DNA of 64,000 nucleotides from Myxococcales bacterium (GTDB lineage Bacteria; Myxococcota_A; Bradymonadia; UBA7976; UBA1532): NCBI GenBank assembly GCA_009692505.1, contig SHZC01000005.1, positions 745 to 64,744 of the forward strand, read 5' to 3'. Shown piece by piece: positions 61,801 to 64,000 of this stretch (position 1 is its first letter; each line of letters starts with the position of its first letter). The notes under the pieces were generated by a model. It saw only the letters and a program-made list of their open reading frames with translations, ran no database searches and was not told where the DNA came from. The position numbers and the translations under genes were made by a program.

Positions 61801-62094
61801 GAGAGGGATGATACCGACGGCTTCGGACCCGAGTTCATCGACTACCCCGTGCCCCGCGCCGGGGACTACCTCGTGCAGGTCCACCTCTACGCCGATCGGT
61901 CCCACGGCCCGACGACGGCGACTGTGACCCTCTTCGCCGACGGTCAGGGCGTGGCGACCTTCAGCCGGTTCGTCTCTGTCGCCGGTCCGGATGGCCCCTA
62001 TTGGGCCGTCGCAGTGGTTAGAGTCGGTGCCGATGGATCCATCGCCGTCATCGACCGTGATCAGCTCGCGGGGATCCCCTTTGCCAACCCCTGA
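58846..62094 (+). CDS. cysteine-rich modular lipoprotein with a lamin-tail (LTD)-like domain and a DUF2135-like C-terminus
   Basis: The signal peptide is CCAALTAACAA. There are 12 CxGxDxDCDGxxDE motifs arranged as about six ~125-aa super-repeats. The LTD-like region is VISEVYYNSPGRDGTAEFIEI. The C-terminal region reads DLDLHLQRP...ERDDTDGFGPEFIDYPVPRAGDYLVQVHLY. Confidence 0.8.
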   Translation: MFPIRRILCCAALTAACAAVEDGSNAADTTGSSPTSGSQVPDPSGDGLGPDVGQPVGCRDFDRDGASVGEGCSPVDCNDSTALIGPDAPEQCNGIDDDCDGIVDDDLIGPDCALTRGICAGSRQRCLVGAWAACDAATYGESFEVTEAACDGVDNDCDGRVDADCPCDAGQTRPCGVDEGECHQGVQACLGEQWGPCEGETTSADELCDSKDNDCDDLVDEALTEAAPDCGLNLGICAGSRATCSGGPGWSTCGPLEYGDRFTADETDLDCDALDNDCDGATDEQCACLDGADQPCGLDVGACVPGIQTCVRGFFGECRGQVLPRDESCDGTDQDCDGTVDEALAPLACPLQNGVCAGSVRECSGLAGHAPCQAHVYSAHHPLYVPVESSEHCDGLDNDCDGLIDEECDCVDGTAQACGVNVGLCTQGEQLCVGGRFGACDGTAPLGEVCNAADDDCDERADEGILGQPCPLQDGVCAGSRNRCLGGQRTVCGADEYGGAWQLEESFCDGRDNDCDGQIDEGCDCVDGEVQVCGSEVGLCTRGAQTCVRGRFGPCEGSIQPAVDLCDGRDEDCDGQSDEALIAPACPNQVGVCAGALQLCAGALGFLNTCAPDEYGPRFVLDETDAHCDGLDNDCDGQSDEACECQPNGPRPACGSNTGECRTGLLLCEGGHFGACEGEARPVVERCNGLDDDCDGLTDDALIAPACALSRGVCDGSVQRCGGADGWLACEAVNYGPNYRLVEAAADCDGRDNDCDGRFDEACPAPPIVISEVYYNSPGRDGTAEFIEISGPVGTALSGLTLEAVNGNDGLVYERIGLNGRVMPAIGSFLIVAPTASPLLQDIADLVAPGADLQNGPDSLRLVWNGDVVTDALGYGVFVNPAHFAGEGEAAPNAAEQSLTRNVDNADTDNNAVDFVPSGQSASGLPTPRGAPLPRLHLALRWDLDDTDLDLHLQRPGAAFRDATGDCSFSNRRPIWNVGGGDPRFERDDTDGFGPEFIDYPVPRAGDYLVQVHLYADRSHGPTTATVTLFADGQGVATFSRFVSVAGPDGPYWAVAVVRVGADGSIAVIDRDQLAGIPFANP

Positions 62095-62133
62095 GGCGAG
62101 CTCCTCCGCCGAAAACGAAACCTGGAAGCCCGA

Positions 62134-64000
62134 ATGAACAAGCTCAGTGTCCTCCTCGTCTCCGCGCTGACGACCTTCGTCTCCGCCGCCTGCTCCGCCC
62201 CGATTGAGGCCTCGGCCGAGGCGTTGGTCAGCAAGAAGGACCCGCTCGATTGCGGCTATGCACCCCGCGTGCTCGCTCGAATCCTGCGCTCGCATTACTC
62301 ATTTAACGACGTCGACGAGGTGCTGACGGCGAGGGTCGTCAAGCAGTACATCGAGCGGCTCGACCCCTCACGCTCACTCTTCCTCAAGAGCGAGGTCGCG
62401 GCCTTGGAACCTCGCGTCCGCGCGCTCGTCACCTCCGTCCGCCAAGGCGAGTGCTCGGTCGTCGACGGCATCTTCGCCGACGTGGTCGAGCGGCAGAAGC
62501 TCATGCAGCGGTCCGTCGACGCGCTGCTCGCCGATCCGAAGCTGGCCCTGGACGAGTCCATCACCCTCGTCGTCTCCCCCGATGAGCGGGACTGGCCGGC
62601 GACCGCCGCCGAACGCGAGGCCCTGCGGCGGAAGCTTGTGCACTTCCAGCTGGCGAACATGGTCGTGTCCGGCACGACCCTAGAGGCGGCGAAGAAGAAG
62701 CTCTCCCATCGGTACGAGCTGACGACGAAGCGGCTCGCCAAGATGGACACGGAGGATCGCCTCTCTACGTTCCTCGACGCCTTCGCCGGCGCCCTCGATC
62801 CCCACTCCACGTACTTCTCGGCCGAGGCCCTCGAAGACTTCAGCATCGGCATGAAGCTCTCGCTCGAGGGCATAGGCGCCGTCTTGGGCAACGACGACGG
62901 GTACACCATCGTCAACGAGGTCGTGCTCGGCGGCGCCGCCGATCGCCAAGGGCAGCTGAAGACCAAGGACAAGATCATCGCCGTGGCGCAGGCGCCCACT
63001 GGCGAGTCGGTGGATGTCATCGACGAAGACCTGCGTGACGTCGTCCGCCTCATTCGCGGCAAGAAGGGTAGTCAAGTCCGCTTGACGGTCCTGCGTCAGG
63101 GCGAGAAGAGCGAGACGCTCAACATCGTCATCACGCGGGACAAGATTGACCTGAAGGAGCAGGCCGCCAAGGTCAGCTACCACGCCGTTGACGCGCCAGC
63201 GGTGCCCGGCCAGCCCGCCCGCAAGCTCAATCTCGCGCTCGTGGACTTGCCCTCGTTTTACGGCGGCCGAGACAGCGCGCGTCAGTGCACCGACGATCTC
63301 AAGGCCATCCTGGCCGAGGTGAACACCAAACACGTCGACGGCGTCGTGCTCGACCTCTCACGCAACGGGGGCGGCCTTCTCCAACACGCCGTGGAGATTG
63401 GCGGCTACTTCCTCGAGTCCGGGGCCATCGTCGGGGTCGGGGCCAGGGGCCAGTCCATCGAGCCTCTGGAGGACACGGATCCCGACGTCCAGTTCGCGGG
63501 CCCCATGGTCGTGCTCGTGTCCCGCCAGAGCGCGTCGGCTTCCGAGATCGTGAGCGGCGCGCTGAAGGACTATCGCCGGGCGGTGATCGTCGGAGATGAC
63601 CACACCTTCGGCAAAGGCACCGTCCAGAACGTGATCGATCTCGAGCCTGGTTACGGCGCCGTCAAGGTGACGACCGCCATGTTCTTCCGCCCGGGCGGAG
63701 AGAGCACGCAGAACACGGGCGTCGCCTCGGATGTCATCTTGCCGAGCCCATACGCGCTTGATGAGTGGGGCGAAGCCTCCGACCCCTTGGCGTTGAAGCC
63801 CGCAAGAACGCCCGGCTTCGCCAGCTCCACGGCCAACGCGAGGGGCGTCCTGCCCATCGTCAGCTCCGAGACCATGGGCGCGTTGGCGGTCCGTTCGGCC
63901 GAGCGGGTCGCCAAGAGCGAGCGCTTCGGCAAGATGAAAGAGCGCGCCGAGCGGGCGAGGAAGAACCGAGGGACCGTTCGGCTCGGCGATCTCATGGCCG
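62134..64000 (+). CDS. tail-specific (Prc-type) S41 peptidase, 3' end outside the window
   Basis: This gene is absent from the ORF track because the reading frame is open-ended. My translation gives MNKLSVLLVSALTTFVSAAC (lipobox), then LDPHSTYFSAEALEDFSIGMKLSLEGIGAVL (PDZ entry), then VVLDLSRNGGGLL and SASASEIVSGALKDYRRAVIVGDDHTFGKGTVQ. Confidence 0.85.
   Translation, partial: MNKLSVLLVSALTTFVSAACSAPIEASAEALVSKKDPLDCGYAPRVLARILRSHYSFNDVDEVLTARVVKQYIERLDPSRSLFLKSEVAALEPRVRALVTSVRQGECSVVDGIFADVVERQKLMQRSVDALLADPKLALDESITLVVSPDERDWPATAAEREALRRKLVHFQLANMVVSGTTLEAAKKKLSHRYELTTKRLAKMDTEDRLSTFLDAFAGALDPHSTYFSAEALEDFSIGMKLSLEGIGAVLGNDDGYTIVNEVVLGGAADRQGQLKTKDKIIAVAQAPTGESVDVIDEDLRDVVRLIRGKKGSQVRLTVLRQGEKSETLNIVITRDKIDLKEQAAKVSYHAVDAPAVPGQPARKLNLALVDLPSFYGGRDSARQCTDDLKAILAEVNTKHVDGVVLDLSRNGGGLLQHAVEIGGYFLESGAIVGVGARGQSIEPLEDTDPDVQFAGPMVVLVSRQSASASEIVSGALKDYRRAVIVGDDHTFGKGTVQNVIDLEPGYGAVKVTTAMFFRPGGESTQNTGVASDVILPSPYALDEWGEASDPLALKPARTPGFASSTANARGVLPIVSSETMGALAVRSAERVAKSERFGKMKERAERARKNRGTVRLGDLMA

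Overview
The window is a high-GC (about 70%) chromosomal segment with very dense coding. The gene content looks Myxococcota-like: eukaryote-type Ser/Thr kinases, many FHA domains, DUF4388, PEGA, a MYXO-CTERM-like signal and CxxDNDCDG cysteine-rich lipoproteins. I support about 50 protein-coding genes. I could not find any rRNA gene, tRNA gene or CRISPR array. Many neighbouring genes are joined by ATGA/GTGA/TGATG stop-start overlaps, which suggests long translationally coupled operons. The main blocks are as follows. (1) 1-2963: an AMP-ligase and a PLP-decarboxylase. (2) 3057-14084: a kinase, a cysteine-rich lipoprotein with WbqC, two cNMP-binding proteins, a cytochrome-like lipoprotein, AstA and a J-protein. 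(3) 14096-23690: a minus-strand chain of FHA/coiled-coil, Ycf46-like AAA+, DUF1257, DUF2997, an Ala-rich disordered protein, an unknown ORF and RNase E. (4) 25387-36533: a minus-strand proteostasis string of S41 protease, DUF423, M16, a FliI/YscN-like ATPase, M16, two Hsp20 genes (one frameshifted), an AidB-like ACAD, a lipoprotein and PP2C. (5) 36877-37785: two abutting mobile-element relics. (6) 37876-51935: CheY, FHA/TPR, a pseudo-receiver-DUF4388-DnaJ protein, a GT-C-like membrane protein, ComEC, FHA, an ECF sigma with an anti-sigma-like protein, an M42-like protein and an Slt-like protein. (7) 51946-64000: a 1473-aa lipoprotein with an internal sorting-signal pair, a PEGA kinase, a second cysteine-rich LTD protein, and an open-ended Prc-type protease that the ORF track omits. 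The most interesting candidates are the orphan T3SS-type ATPase embedded in an M16 peptidase pair, the AAA+/DUF1257/DUF2997 chain running into rne, and the internal MYXO-CTERM-plus-lipobox junction. All family assignments come from motif recognition by eye, because I ran no searches.
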